This document shows, piece by piece, positions 17,832 through 26,619 of a DNA stretch of 35,143 nucleotides. Every line of letters starts with the position of its first letter. Position 1 is the stretch's first letter. The notes under the pieces are model-generated. The model saw only the letters and a program-made list of their open reading frames with translations. It did no database searches and was not told the DNA's origin. Origin of the DNA: a virus (lineage: Duplodnaviria; Caudoviricetes); the IMG/VR virus record IMGVR_UViG_3300020161_002908, positions 1 through 35,143 of that record; one strand, 5' to 3'. Both the position numbers and the translations under genes were made by a program.

Positions 17832-18613
17832 GTTATATTAATTTGATTACCCATATAGCCGTGTACTGAGCAAACATAATATAGAGTAGATGGTGCCCCC
17901 GCTGAAACACTAAATGTTAAAGTACCTACACCGTACCCATTACCTTCAACCCCTGTATAGTAAATATTACTTGCATTAAATAAACCTGCTGATGTTTGAA
18001 TAAAGAATGGATGGCTGACAGCATTTATATTGAAAGTATAATGATTACCAGTTATTAAATTTAATACTGGATTATTTTGACCATTGACAATATAAATTCC
18101 ACCAGATGGTGATGTAACATTAAATACTAAAGGGTTAATTGTTGTCGGTGTTGGTGTAGGAGTTAATGTACTGGTTGGTGTAGGAGTAGGAGTACTGCCT
18201 GATAAAGCTGTTGAAGTTGTTGGTGTAGGAGTTAATGAACTGCTAGGAGTAGGAGTAGGAGTACTTCCTGATGAAGTTGTTGGCGTAGGGGTTAATGTAA
18301 AAGTAGGTGTAGGTGTTAATGTAGGAGTCGGTGTAGGGGTAAGAGTGGGGGTTGAAGTTGGTATAACTGTACTAGTAGGCGTTACTGTTGAGGTAACTGT
18401 AATAGTAGGCGTCACTGAAGGTGTTATCGTATTTGTGGGGGTTACTGAAGGAGTTGTCGTATTTGTAGGCGTTACTGAAGGAGTTGTCGTATTTGTAGGC
18501 GTTGGATCTGGACCTGCTGGTGCACCACTATACCCGCCACCTTTTAACCTTACTACAGAACCTTTTCTGTTAGTTTCTCTTAACATATCAAAAATTGATT
18601 TAGGGCCGGCCAT
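17828..18613 (-). CDS. Thr/Pro-rich linker protein with C-terminal cupredoxin-like domain (probable virion protein)
   Basis: About 125 aa of TP repeats, then HPFFI ... LYYVCSVHGYMG; AATAAATA upstream at 18628-18635. Confidence 0.7.
   Translation of the reverse strand: MAGPKSIFDMLRETNRKGSVVRLKGGGYSGAPAGPDPTPTNTTTPSVTPTNTTTPSVTPTNTITPSVTPTITVTSTVTPTSTVIPTSTPTLTPTPTPTLTPTPTFTLTPTPTTSSGSTPTPTPSSSLTPTPTTSTALSGSTPTPTPTSTLTPTPTPTTINPLVFNVTSPSGGIYIVNGQNNPVLNLITGNHYTFNINAVSHPFFIQTSAGLFNASNIYYTGVEGNGYGVGTLTFSVSAGAPSTLYYVCSVHGYMGNQINIT
18140..18505. repeat. Coding tandem repeats (30-bp TPTNTTTPSV units and TP dipeptide runs)
   Basis: GTTACTGAAGGAGTTGTCGTATTTGTAGGC repeated at 18441 and 18471, with degenerate copies; GTAGGA/GTAGGT hexamer runs. 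Confidence 0.9.
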
Positions 18614-18664
18614 TGTTTTTTCATTAATATTTATTATAATGGAACATATTTACAATATTAATGT

Positions 18665-21238
18665 ATGAGCTATCGTAATATATATTATGACGGGAGAGAA
18701 AGGTGTGTTAACCTTTTTACATGGGATAAAGACGGTAAACGCATTAAAGTTCAATCGTCATATGACCCATACATGTATATTGAAAGTACCCATGGAGATG
18801 CGCAGTCAATCTACGGTACTAAGTTAAGTAAAAAGACGTTTAGATCGCAATACGAACGGTTCAAATACATAAAAGATACAAATATTAAGCGGGTATTTGA
18901 AAATTTGCCAGCTACTCAGCAATATCTGGTTGATATGTTTTGGAAGCAAAACGAAACTCCAGAATTCAGTCAACATCCTATTAAGGTTATGTTTGTAGAC
19001 ATCGAGGTATATGCACCTGATGAATTTCCTCATGCTAATGAAGCTAAAGCACCGGTAAACGTAATAACTATACATGATTCGTTAACCAATAACTTTATAA
19101 CGTGGGGTATTAACCCGTATACATCAACAAGTAAAGACGTTACATATGTTCAATGCGTTGACGAGAAAGATATTTTTATTAAATTTATAGAGTACTTTGA
19201 AAGTGATTATCCTGACATATTATCTGGGTGGAATAGCGAGTTTTTCGATATTCCTTATATTATTAATAGATGTACTAAGATATTAGGCGAGGAATATACA
19301 TTTAGATTATCTCCCGCAGGTAGAGTATATAGCAGATCAATTAAAGGTAAGTTTGGTCAAGAACAAACTAGATGGTATGTTGAAGGCATATCTTTAATTG
19401 ATTATCTGGACGTTTATAAACGTTTTTGTATTGGTTTGCGTGAAAGTTATAAATTAGCTTTGATTGCAGAAGCTGAACTAGGAGAAGGTAAAGTAGATTT
19501 TGGATCTATTAATCTTGCAACATTAGCTGATACTGATTGGAAGACATTTATTGATTATAATATTCAAGACGTTAGGTTGTTAGTTAAGCTTGAAGAAAAA
19601 TTAAAATATAGCGAATTAATTCGAATGTTAGCTTACGTAGGATTGACTACGTTTGAAGCAGCTATGGGATCGCTTTCAGTTATTAATGGTGCGACTGCTA
19701 TTAGAGCAAGATACCATAATCAAAAGATGCCTTCGTTTATAAGAGGCGAAGATGATGGTAGTAAAAACCCCGGAGCTTACGTAGGTGAACCATTAAGCGG
19801 ATTTCAACAAAAAGTTATATCATTCGACGCTAACTCTCTATACCCTAACGTGATGATTAGCTTGAATATGTCACCAGAGACAAAAATAGGGGTTATTGAG
19901 AACGAAATAGACGGGGTATTATCTATTAGACATACTAGTGGTAAAATATTTAAATTAACAAAAGAAAAGTTTGAGTTATTTAAAGAAAAGGAATCGATAG
20001 CTATTAGTAAAGCTAATGTTTTATTTTCGCAAAAAAAGAAAGGCATTATGCCTGAAATTCTAGATTATTATTACGATAAACGTCAAGTTATTAAAAAGTT
20101 ATTAAAAAAACTTAAAAAAGAATATTCAGATTGTGATAAGAGTAGCAAAGAAGGTATTAGTATTAAGCTTGAAATAGACCAACTTGACGCAAAGCAACTA
20201 TGTATTAAAGTTTTTATTAATTCAATTTACGGATATTTTGGTAATAAAAATGCACCTTTCGGGGATGATGATATTGCATCTTCTATTACATTATCTGGGC
20301 AAGCTGTTATCAAATATTCAAACGAATTACTTAAACAGTTTATAAAAAATAAAGTTAAGCATATTGATGAAGAAATTTTAAATAAATGTATCATTTATAA
20401 TGATACGGATTCAAGTTATGTATCTATTGAGCCGTTATTTACAGACGGTAGTACTCGATTCAGCGTTAATAATAAAATTACAAAAGAAACTTTAGGTATA
20501 GTGCAAGAAATTGAAGACTTTTTAAATGTAGAGATTAAAAAATGGGGCGCTAAAGAATTTAATTCGAAAGATAGTAGGTTTATTTTTAAAAGAGAATCTA
20601 TAGCAGATGTTGGCATCTTTTTGCAAAAGAAAAGATATGTTTTACATGTATTAGATGATGAAGGTATTGCTTGTAATAAATTTAAGTATACTGGCGTTGA
20701 AGTTGTTAGAAGTACAATGCCTGGAGCAATTAAACCATATGTTAAGAAAATTATTGAGACTATGATGCTAACTCAGAGTATTAATGATACCAATTTAGTA
20801 TTAAATGAGACATATGAAATATTTAAAAAGTTACCACCGGAAGATATTACATTCGTTTCAGGTATTAAAGGGTATGAAAAATATGCAGGTCAATGTAACG
20901 GGTTTTCTCTAGCTAAAGGTATGCCTGCGCACGTAAAGGCAGCATATATACATAATTTATTAATTGATAGATTTAAATTAACTACCAAATATGAAAAAAT
21001 AGGTTCAGGAGATAAGGTAAGATATTTTTATGTTAAGTCTAATAAATTTAACGTAGATGCAGTGGCTTACAAATACTATTACCCAGACGAATTTAAAAAT
21101 ATATTTGAACCTGATTATGATGCTATGTTTGAAAACCATATTTTTTCTGTAATTAATAGGTTTTATGAAAACGTTAAATGGTCATCGCAAAAGCCAGGTA
21201 ACTTGGTACAAACAAATCTTTTTGATTTACTATCTTGA
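18665..21238 (+). CDS. gp43: Family B DNA polymerase
   Basis: DIEV, GWNSEFFDIPY, YNIQDV, SFDANSLYP, KVFINSIYG, YNDTDS and KKRY; uninterrupted. Confidence 0.97.
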   Translation: MSYRNIYYDGRERCVNLFTWDKDGKRIKVQSSYDPYMYIESTHGDAQSIYGTKLSKKTFRSQYERFKYIKDTNIKRVFENLPATQQYLVDMFWKQNETPEFSQHPIKVMFVDIEVYAPDEFPHANEAKAPVNVITIHDSLTNNFITWGINPYTSTSKDVTYVQCVDEKDIFIKFIEYFESDYPDILSGWNSEFFDIPYIINRCTKILGEEYTFRLSPAGRVYSRSIKGKFGQEQTRWYVEGISLIDYLDVYKRFCIGLRESYKLALIAEAELGEGKVDFGSINLATLADTDWKTFIDYNIQDVRLLVKLEEKLKYSELIRMLAYVGLTTFEAAMGSLSVINGATAIRARYHNQKMPSFIRGEDDGSKNPGAYVGEPLSGFQQKVISFDANSLYPNVMISLNMSPETKIGVIENEIDGVLSIRHTSGKIFKLTKEKFELFKEKESIAISKANVLFSQKKKGIMPEILDYYYDKRQVIKKLLKKLKKEYSDCDKSSKEGISIKLEIDQLDAKQLCIKVFINSIYGYFGNKNAPFGDDDIASSITLSGQAVIKYSNELLKQFIKNKVKHIDEEILNKCIIYNDTDSSYVSIEPLFTDGSTRFSVNNKITKETLGIVQEIEDFLNVEIKKWGAKEFNSKDSRFIFKRESIADVGIFLQKKRYVLHVLDDEGIACNKFKYTGVEVVRSTMPGAIKPYVKKIIETMMLTQSINDTNLVLNETYEIFKKLPPEDITFVSGIKGYEKYAGQCNGFSLAKGMPAHVKAAYIHNLLIDRFKLTTKYEKIGSGDKVRYFYVKSNKFNVDAVAYKYYYPDEFKNIFEPDYDAMFENHIFSVINRFYENVKWSSQKPGNLVQTNLFDLLS

Positions 21239-21262
21239 TTAGTTACACGTGTAACTTAAAAT
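21235..21262 (+). promoter_or_regulatory. sigma70-like promoter whose spacer is a perfect 16-bp palindrome
   Basis: TTGATT-AGTTACACGTGTAACT-TAAAAT-N5-ATG. Confidence 0.7.
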
Positions 21263-21267
21263 AATGT

Positions 21268-21627
21268 ATGGACAAAAAATACGTAACAATTATAGATACT
21301 ACTGGCAGAAATATTCTCGGAGTTTTAAGCTCTGAAACTACCACAGAACTAACTATTGCAAACCCTGTAATGGTATTAGTTCAACCTCAAAACGGTCAAT
21401 TTCAAGTTCAGCTTATACCTTTATTTTTAGCTGAATTCATTAAGAATGACCCAGATACAAATAGAAATTTCAACTTTACATTTAATAAAGCTAATATTGC
21501 AGTAGGAATAGGCTTCTCGGTTGATGATAAGATTACTATACAATATGATAAGATTATTGAAGCAACCAATACTACAGCTAAGCCGGCTGCAGTTGAGCCT
21601 GAAATAATTAAATTATTTGAAGATTAA
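21268..21627 (+). CDS. Hypothetical protein
   Basis: 119-aa ORF with its own promoter; beta-rich. Confidence 0.8.
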   Translation: MDKKYVTIIDTTGRNILGVLSSETTTELTIANPVMVLVQPQNGQFQVQLIPLFLAEFIKNDPDTNRNFNFTFNKANIAVGIGFSVDDKITIQYDKIIEATNTTAKPAAVEPEIIKLFED

Positions 21628-21650
21628 TCGATTATTTCATAAATAATTGT

Positions 21651-21896
21651 ATGAGCTTTGTAATCCCATTAGAAACTAATAAAAATATTGTTGTTAGACC
21701 AGCAATTACGAGAGAGTTTAACGAACTTGTAGTTGAAAAAATTATTGATAGTCCAGAACATAAGACAGTTGAAGTTTTTATCAGTTCTATAGGATTAGTA
21801 AAGTTAAATGATTTAAGTGATGCTAACTACGATAACCCTCAATGGAATAACGAAAGTTTAACGAGAGCAGTTATAAGTTACGCAAACAGTGTATAA
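21651..21896 (+). CDS. Hypothetical late protein
   Basis: CATAAATA 5 nt upstream; followed by a terminator. Confidence 0.75.
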   Translation: MSFVIPLETNKNIVVRPAITREFNELVVEKIIDSPEHKTVEVFISSIGLVKLNDLSDANYDNPQWNNESLTRAVISYANSV

Positions 21897-21899
21897 TTT

Positions 21900-21925
21900 A
21901 AAAAGCCCGAAAGGGCTTTTTTTTT
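21900..21925 (+). terminator. Rho-independent terminator, possibly bidirectional
   Basis: AAAAAGCCC-GAAA-GGGC followed by a T9 run. Confidence 0.9.
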
Positions 21926-21961
21926 GGTTGATTATATAAAACTGTAAGATATATAAATTAT

Positions 21962-22219
21962 ATGACAACAGCAGAATTCCGTAAAGGTCAATTAGATGGC
22001 GTAACTGGCGTAAAATACGTTATTACCAAAGTTATTGATGGTACAGATCATGGTGAAGGTAGAGTAGCAGATAAAGAATTAGAAAAAATTCGCCGTGTTC
22101 TTTTAAGTTGGAGAGATTTCATGATTGAAAACATGGATAAGAATAATTATCTTTCAAAGAAAATTACCGACACTCTTGTCAATACAAAAAAATTAATGGA
22201 TATTAAAGTTAGTAATTGA
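21962..22219 (+). CDS. Hypothetical protein
   Basis: 85-aa ORF preceded by TTGATT and an AT-rich -10-like region. Confidence 0.75.
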   Translation: MTTAEFRKGQLDGVTGVKYVITKVIDGTDHGEGRVADKELEKIRRVLLSWRDFMIENMDKNNYLSKKITDTLVNTKKLMDIKVSN

Positions 22220-22243
22220 TTTTTAGTTTTTATATTCTATACT
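22216..22243 (+). promoter_or_regulatory. sigma70-like promoter of uvsX
   Basis: TTGATT-N16-TATACT-N5-ATG. Confidence 0.7.
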
Positions 22244-22248
22244 AGTGT

Positions 22249-23346
22249 ATGGATAAAGATATTTTCGATACACTAAGTGAAATAGATAAGTTAAACCCAT
22301 ATGCGTCTTTTTTAGATTCAAATGCGTTATCAACCGTGGATGGTTGGATTGATACCGGTTCGATGGTTTTAAACGGGTTAGTTAGCGGATCTTTACATGG
22401 TGGTATACCTCGTAATAGATTGACAATGTTAGCAGGCCCATCGATGACAGGTAAGTCATATATTGTGCAAAAGATTCTAGCAAGTGCTCAAAAAGAAGGA
22501 TTAGTTCCTATTATTTTTGATAGTGAAAATGCAATTGATAAAGCCGGAGCTGAAGCTCTAGGCTTAGATACTAGTAAAGTAAAGTATGTGCCGACCTTTA
22601 GTATTGAAGAGTGTAGGAATTCAATATATAGCTTTTTAACAAAAGCTAAAGAGAAGGGTCAAATTGGTAAGTTTATTATTGCTATTGATTCGCTTGGTAA
22701 CATGGAAAGCGAATTACAAATTAATAGAATGGAGAAGAGTAGCACAAGCGCAGATATGGGTAGTAGAGCAAAAGCAGTAAAGTCTTTATTAAGAACTTGC
22801 ACACAATTAAGTGCAGTAACTAAGACGACAATAATTTGTACTAATCATATATTTGATGATCCTAGCGCGATGTTTCCTTCTTTAGTAAAGGATATGCCAG
22901 GTGGTAGAGCTGCAGTATTTTTACCATCCGTAACTATTCAATTAGCAAGAAAGCCTATGAAGGTAGACGACCATATTAATTCTAAATTAGCAGTTGGTCA
23001 AAAGAGCTATCCAGGAGTTATCTTACGAGCATTGACAGCTAAGAATAGATTCGTTAAACAGTACTTGGAAGGTGAAATGTATTTGAGTTTTGAAAGTGGA
23101 TTAGCTAAATATTATGGTCTTTTGGATTTAGCTGTAGGATTTGGCGTTTTGGTTCAATCTGGAAGTACATATACTAAAGCAGACGGTGAAAAAATCGGCC
23201 AATATGGCCGGTGGAAAGATAATACCGAATTATGGGATAAGTATATCGTACCAGGTATCGAAGCTAAAATAAAGACTGAATGGGTATATGGCAATAATAC
23301 TGGTAATGATGATGTGCCAGATGAAGTTGATGAGGCAAAAGTTTAA
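22249..23346 (+). CDS. uvsX: RecA-like recombinase UvsX
   Basis: IDTGS, GPSMTGKS, FDSENA, IDSLG, DMGSRAK, PGG and KNRF. Confidence 0.93.
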   Translation: MDKDIFDTLSEIDKLNPYASFLDSNALSTVDGWIDTGSMVLNGLVSGSLHGGIPRNRLTMLAGPSMTGKSYIVQKILASAQKEGLVPIIFDSENAIDKAGAEALGLDTSKVKYVPTFSIEECRNSIYSFLTKAKEKGQIGKFIIAIDSLGNMESELQINRMEKSSTSADMGSRAKAVKSLLRTCTQLSAVTKTTIICTNHIFDDPSAMFPSLVKDMPGGRAAVFLPSVTIQLARKPMKVDDHINSKLAVGQKSYPGVILRALTAKNRFVKQYLEGEMYLSFESGLAKYYGLLDLAVGFGVLVQSGSTYTKADGEKIGQYGRWKDNTELWDKYIVPGIEAKIKTEWVYGNNTGNDDVPDEVDEAKV

Positions 23347-23356
23347 TTAATATTTT

Positions 23357-23506
23357 ATGGGCAAAACATTACAAAAAAACAAAACAAAAAATAAAGGTGT
23401 TGGTAAAGTCATGGGCCGTAGTAAAGGTCCATTAGTATACGTTGAAGCAATTGGGCGTAAAACTACTGTAAAAATGGTAAACGCAATTAAGACTAATAAG
23501 TTATAA
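23357..23506 (+). CDS. Small basic protein, 49 aa (missed by ORF track)
   Basis: Manual translation MGKTLQKNKTKNKGVGKVMGRSKGPLVYVEAIGRKTTVKMVNAIKTNKL; fills the uvsX-queC gap. Confidence 0.65.
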   Translation: MGKTLQKNKTKNKGVGKVMGRSKGPLVYVEAIGRKTTVKMVNAIKTNKL

Positions 23507-23512
23507 TAATAT

Positions 23513-24259
23513 ATGTTGTCAGAAAAAGTAGTACTTACATTATCTGGCGGTATGGATAGTTCTGTACTGCTTTTTATGGCAGCTAAAAAATTTAAAGAAA
23601 TACATACTATCTCTTTCGATTACGGGCAAAGACATAAAAGAGAGTTAAATTGTATATCTTTACAAATTAACGATGTCATTGCAAAACATGGTGTAAAGGT
23701 TACAAATAAAATTATTGATGTGAAATATATAAAGGACATATCTCCTGTATCATCACTAACTAATAATAATATCGATAATCCTAATATTAAAGAAATGGCT
23801 GGTGATGCGCAACCAATATCGTATGTACCGTTCAGAAATAATATGTTCGTTTCTATAGCTGCATCGTATGCAGAATCATTAGGATGTAATGAAATATGGT
23901 ATGGTTCTGCAGAAGCAGACTCTCTTGCAGGTTACTGGGATTCATCACCTGAATGGCTTGATTCGATGAATAATATATTAAGTCTTAATAGAAAGACTAA
24001 GATAAAGTTAGTTGCGCCGTTAATAAACAAAAGTAAAATGCAAATTATTAAAGATGGCGTTGAATTAAAAGTGAACTTTGCAAATACATGGACTTGTTAC
24101 TCTGATAGAGCTGATGGGTTAGCTGATGCTAATACCCCATCTAGTAGTTTAAGACTACGCGGGTTTTTAGATGCTGGGTATATCGACCCTATCGAATACG
24201 TACAACAAGATAAAATTCTATTGTTATATAAAAAGTTTAATTGCTTTTCAATAACCTAA
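23513..24259 (+). CDS. queC: 7-cyano-7-deazaguanine synthase (variant lacking three of the Zn cysteines)
   Basis: LSGGMDS, FDYGQRH, YVPFRN, APLINKSK and TWTCY; TATAAT 5 nt upstream of the ATG. Confidence 0.9.
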   Translation: MLSEKVVLTLSGGMDSSVLLFMAAKKFKEIHTISFDYGQRHKRELNCISLQINDVIAKHGVKVTNKIIDVKYIKDISPVSSLTNNNIDNPNIKEMAGDAQPISYVPFRNNMFVSIAASYAESLGCNEIWYGSAEADSLAGYWDSSPEWLDSMNNILSLNRKTKIKLVAPLINKSKMQIIKDGVELKVNFANTWTCYSDRADGLADANTPSSSLRLRGFLDAGYIDPIEYVQQDKILLLYKKFNCFSIT

Positions 24260-25435
24260 AGTATGGCGTCTTTCTGTCTCATGGTAATTACGCATACGTT
24301 TTTGATAATCTTCACGTAATTTACGATCAACTTGCGCGCGTGTTAAAGCAGCAACATGTTCAGGTGAAGGGTTACGTATAATTATCATTTCACAATCTTC
24401 ATCCGGAACGGTATTACCATTCTGCATTGATGGTTTATTATTCATAGTGTTTTTATTAAGTTTAGCCGAAAGTGAATTTTCTTCACTTTCATCACCCTCG
24501 CCCGGGTCAGATTCTATTTCACCAAGTTCTGAGAATTCTCCTAAATCATCATCCCCTTCATCGTCTCCTTCCTCTTGTTCTTCTTTTTTACCATAAGCTG
24601 TATCTTCTGGGTCAGGTCCAGAGAAATCTCCCTCACCACCGCTTGGAAAATCGACAACTGCTTTTTCACCTTGTTTGTTAGCTGTGGTAGGCTCTGTAAC
24701 TACAACACTCTTTATAATGTCGGGAGTTAATTGACCTAATTGAAATGGCTTACCATTAGATTGTTTTAAAGTAACTCTAAACTTTAACCCGTCTTTAACT
24801 GTAGTATATAAATCAAACCCCATAGGCGTTTCTTGATCAAACGTAAATTCTGTTTCAGGTGAAAGATTTAACTGTAGTGTTTCAAACCCGGTAGCGCCTT
24901 TCTTTAATCGTTTTTCTGCTGCTACACCACTTTGAACCGCTGCTTGTATAGTATCTACATCACCGTATTTTTGTTTCTTTTCGCCACCTATCTTTACACC
25001 TCTATATTCTCTTGAACCAGCTGTGGTGTTTAAAAACGCTGTAACACTATCAATTTCTTTATCACCAATTTTATGCTTTTCAGAAGAATAGTCATCAAAT
25101 TCTTGAGTTAACTTATCGAAAAACCCTTTAGGAGTTTTTTCATCCATTATTAACTTACCCATCAAATCATTAATATCTTTACCTTGTGGCTTTGATCTTG
25201 AAAATTTATCTTTAAATTCACCAGGTATTACATTTTCATGCTTATCTTTCAAAAACTGGTAGAAATATAAACGTGCATCTCTATAAGGTATACCAACGTT
25301 AGCTGCTTTCATTTTCTTCATAACGCTTCCAAGTATAGTGGATATGCTTTCATTAACGAGATTTACCTTTTCTTGATAAGATTCATTAATTAAGTTAGTG
25401 TTTTGCACCCAGCTACAGCTATAAAGTTTGTTCAT
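24248..25435 (-). CDS. Hypothetical late protein with acidic low-complexity region
   Basis: 395-aa ORF; AATAAATA at 25443-25450; LINE|S and LVNE|S near the N-terminus. Confidence 0.8.
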   Translation of the reverse strand: MNKLYSCSWVQNTNLINESYQEKVNLVNESISTILGSVMKKMKAANVGIPYRDARLYFYQFLKDKHENVIPGEFKDKFSRSKPQGKDINDLMGKLIMDEKTPKGFFDKLTQEFDDYSSEKHKIGDKEIDSVTAFLNTTAGSREYRGVKIGGEKKQKYGDVDTIQAAVQSGVAAEKRLKKGATGFETLQLNLSPETEFTFDQETPMGFDLYTTVKDGLKFRVTLKQSNGKPFQLGQLTPDIIKSVVVTEPTTANKQGEKAVVDFPSGGEGDFSGPDPEDTAYGKKEEQEEGDDEGDDDLGEFSELGEIESDPGEGDESEENSLSAKLNKNTMNNKPSMQNGNTVPDEDCEMIIIRNPSPEHVAALTRAQVDRKLREDYQKRMRNYHETERRHTLGY

Positions 25436-25449
25436 ACAACAATATTTAT

Positions 25450-25477
25450 TTGAATTATAGTTATTATACTGTATAAT
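25450..25477 (+). promoter_or_regulatory. sigma70-like promoter of the gat-GNAT-GT operon, back to back with a late promoter
   Basis: TTGAAT-N16-TATAAT-N9-ATG. Confidence 0.7.
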
Positions 25478-25486
25478 AGATATATT

Positions 25487-26149
25487 ATGTGTGGAATCTA
25501 CGGAAGTTATAATACCTCTAAGTTTGAAATACTAGATAGTGTTAATAGACAGAGAGGCAACTTTGCATCTGGCATATTTTATCATGATGGAGATAATTAT
25601 GATTACCAGAAGACTGAAGGTGTGTTTAACTGGGATAATATTAAATTACCCGATGGGTTTTTATATTTAGGCCATAACCAAGCACCTACTTCTTCTGCAA
25701 GAGTATGGAGAGAACATCAATCGCATCCATTTGTTATTATGAATTGGGTAGTAGCTCATAATGGTGTATTAACTAATTTTAAAGAATTAAAAAATACATA
25801 TATACCAACGCATGATAACTTAGTAGATAGTAGTATTATACCAGCATTGCTGAAATATTTTGAAGACAAGTATGGTAAAGCTAATACCCCAGAAAAAGAA
25901 GCTATAATAATAACAGAAACGTTAAAAATATTGCAAGGAACGTATGGTTTATGGATCGTTAATATTGATACGCTAAATACGTATATTGCTAGGCAAGGCA
26001 GTACTCTATTTTATGATAAAAATAGTTTCTCATCTATTAAAGGTGATAAACAAACAGATATTAAAGAAGGCCAATTATATAGATTCAATAGTAAAGGTAT
26101 AAAATCAGTTAAAGAATTTAAATCTCAATCACCATTTTTAGAATTATGA
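25487..26149 (+). CDS. Class II (Ntn) glutamine amidotransferase domain protein
   Basis: N-terminal MCGIYG, RQRG, GHNQAPT, HPF, AHNGVLTN and VDS. Confidence 0.88.
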   Translation: MCGIYGSYNTSKFEILDSVNRQRGNFASGIFYHDGDNYDYQKTEGVFNWDNIKLPDGFLYLGHNQAPTSSARVWREHQSHPFVIMNWVVAHNGVLTNFKELKNTYIPTHDNLVDSSIIPALLKYFEDKYGKANTPEKEAIIITETLKILQGTYGLWIVNIDTLNTYIARQGSTLFYDKNSFSSIKGDKQTDIKEGQLYRFNSKGIKSVKEFKSQSPFLEL

Positions 26150-26619
26150 GTATCCAACAACACATCCCGACATCTGTTAATGATAAACTAAAATTAATGC
26201 AGTTTGTATATGATAATACAGATTCATTTATACTTAATACCTTCGGATATGTATGGGAAAGTAGAAATTGGTGGGATAAATTTCCAATACATTTATATAT
26301 GGTAGATGGTAATATAGCAGGTATGCATGCATTTACAGTTGATACTAAAGCTCCTGATACAATTAAAACATACTATATAATTACTGGAGTAAAATATAGA
26401 AATAAAGGCATTGCTAAAAAATTAACTATGGAAGTTCTAAATCAATTTAAAGATACAGATAAAAAGTTTTTTGTAAATTCAGAAGAAAAAAGTAGTGGTG
26501 TAAATTTTTATAAAAAGTTATTTAAAGATTCATTTACATTACATGGTAATGAATTTGGAACTATCGATTACTATTTCGAAGCATCAGTTAAATCTCTTAC
26601 CAACTCAAATCATGAGTAA
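26146..26619 (+). CDS. GNAT-family acetyltransferase
   Basis: YRNKGIAKKL acetyl-CoA binding motif and GVNFYKKL; ATGA overlap with gat. Confidence 0.75.
   Translation: MSIQQHIPTSVNDKLKLMQFVYDNTDSFILNTFGYVWESRNWWDKFPIHLYMVDGNIAGMHAFTVDTKAPDTIKTYYIITGVKYRNKGIAKKLTMEVLNQFKDTDKKFFVNSEEKSSGVNFYKKLFKDSFTLHGNEFGTIDYYFEASVKSLTNSNHE

Noticed and set aside
18140-18505. 30-bp and 6-bp repeats as CRISPR or origin iterons
   Set aside because: They vary at third codon positions and encode Thr/Pro repeats.
203-24259. que genes as a bacterial queuosine operon (host DNA)
   Set aside because: They are dispersed among T4-type core genes, with no queF, queA or tgt and no cellular housekeeping genes.
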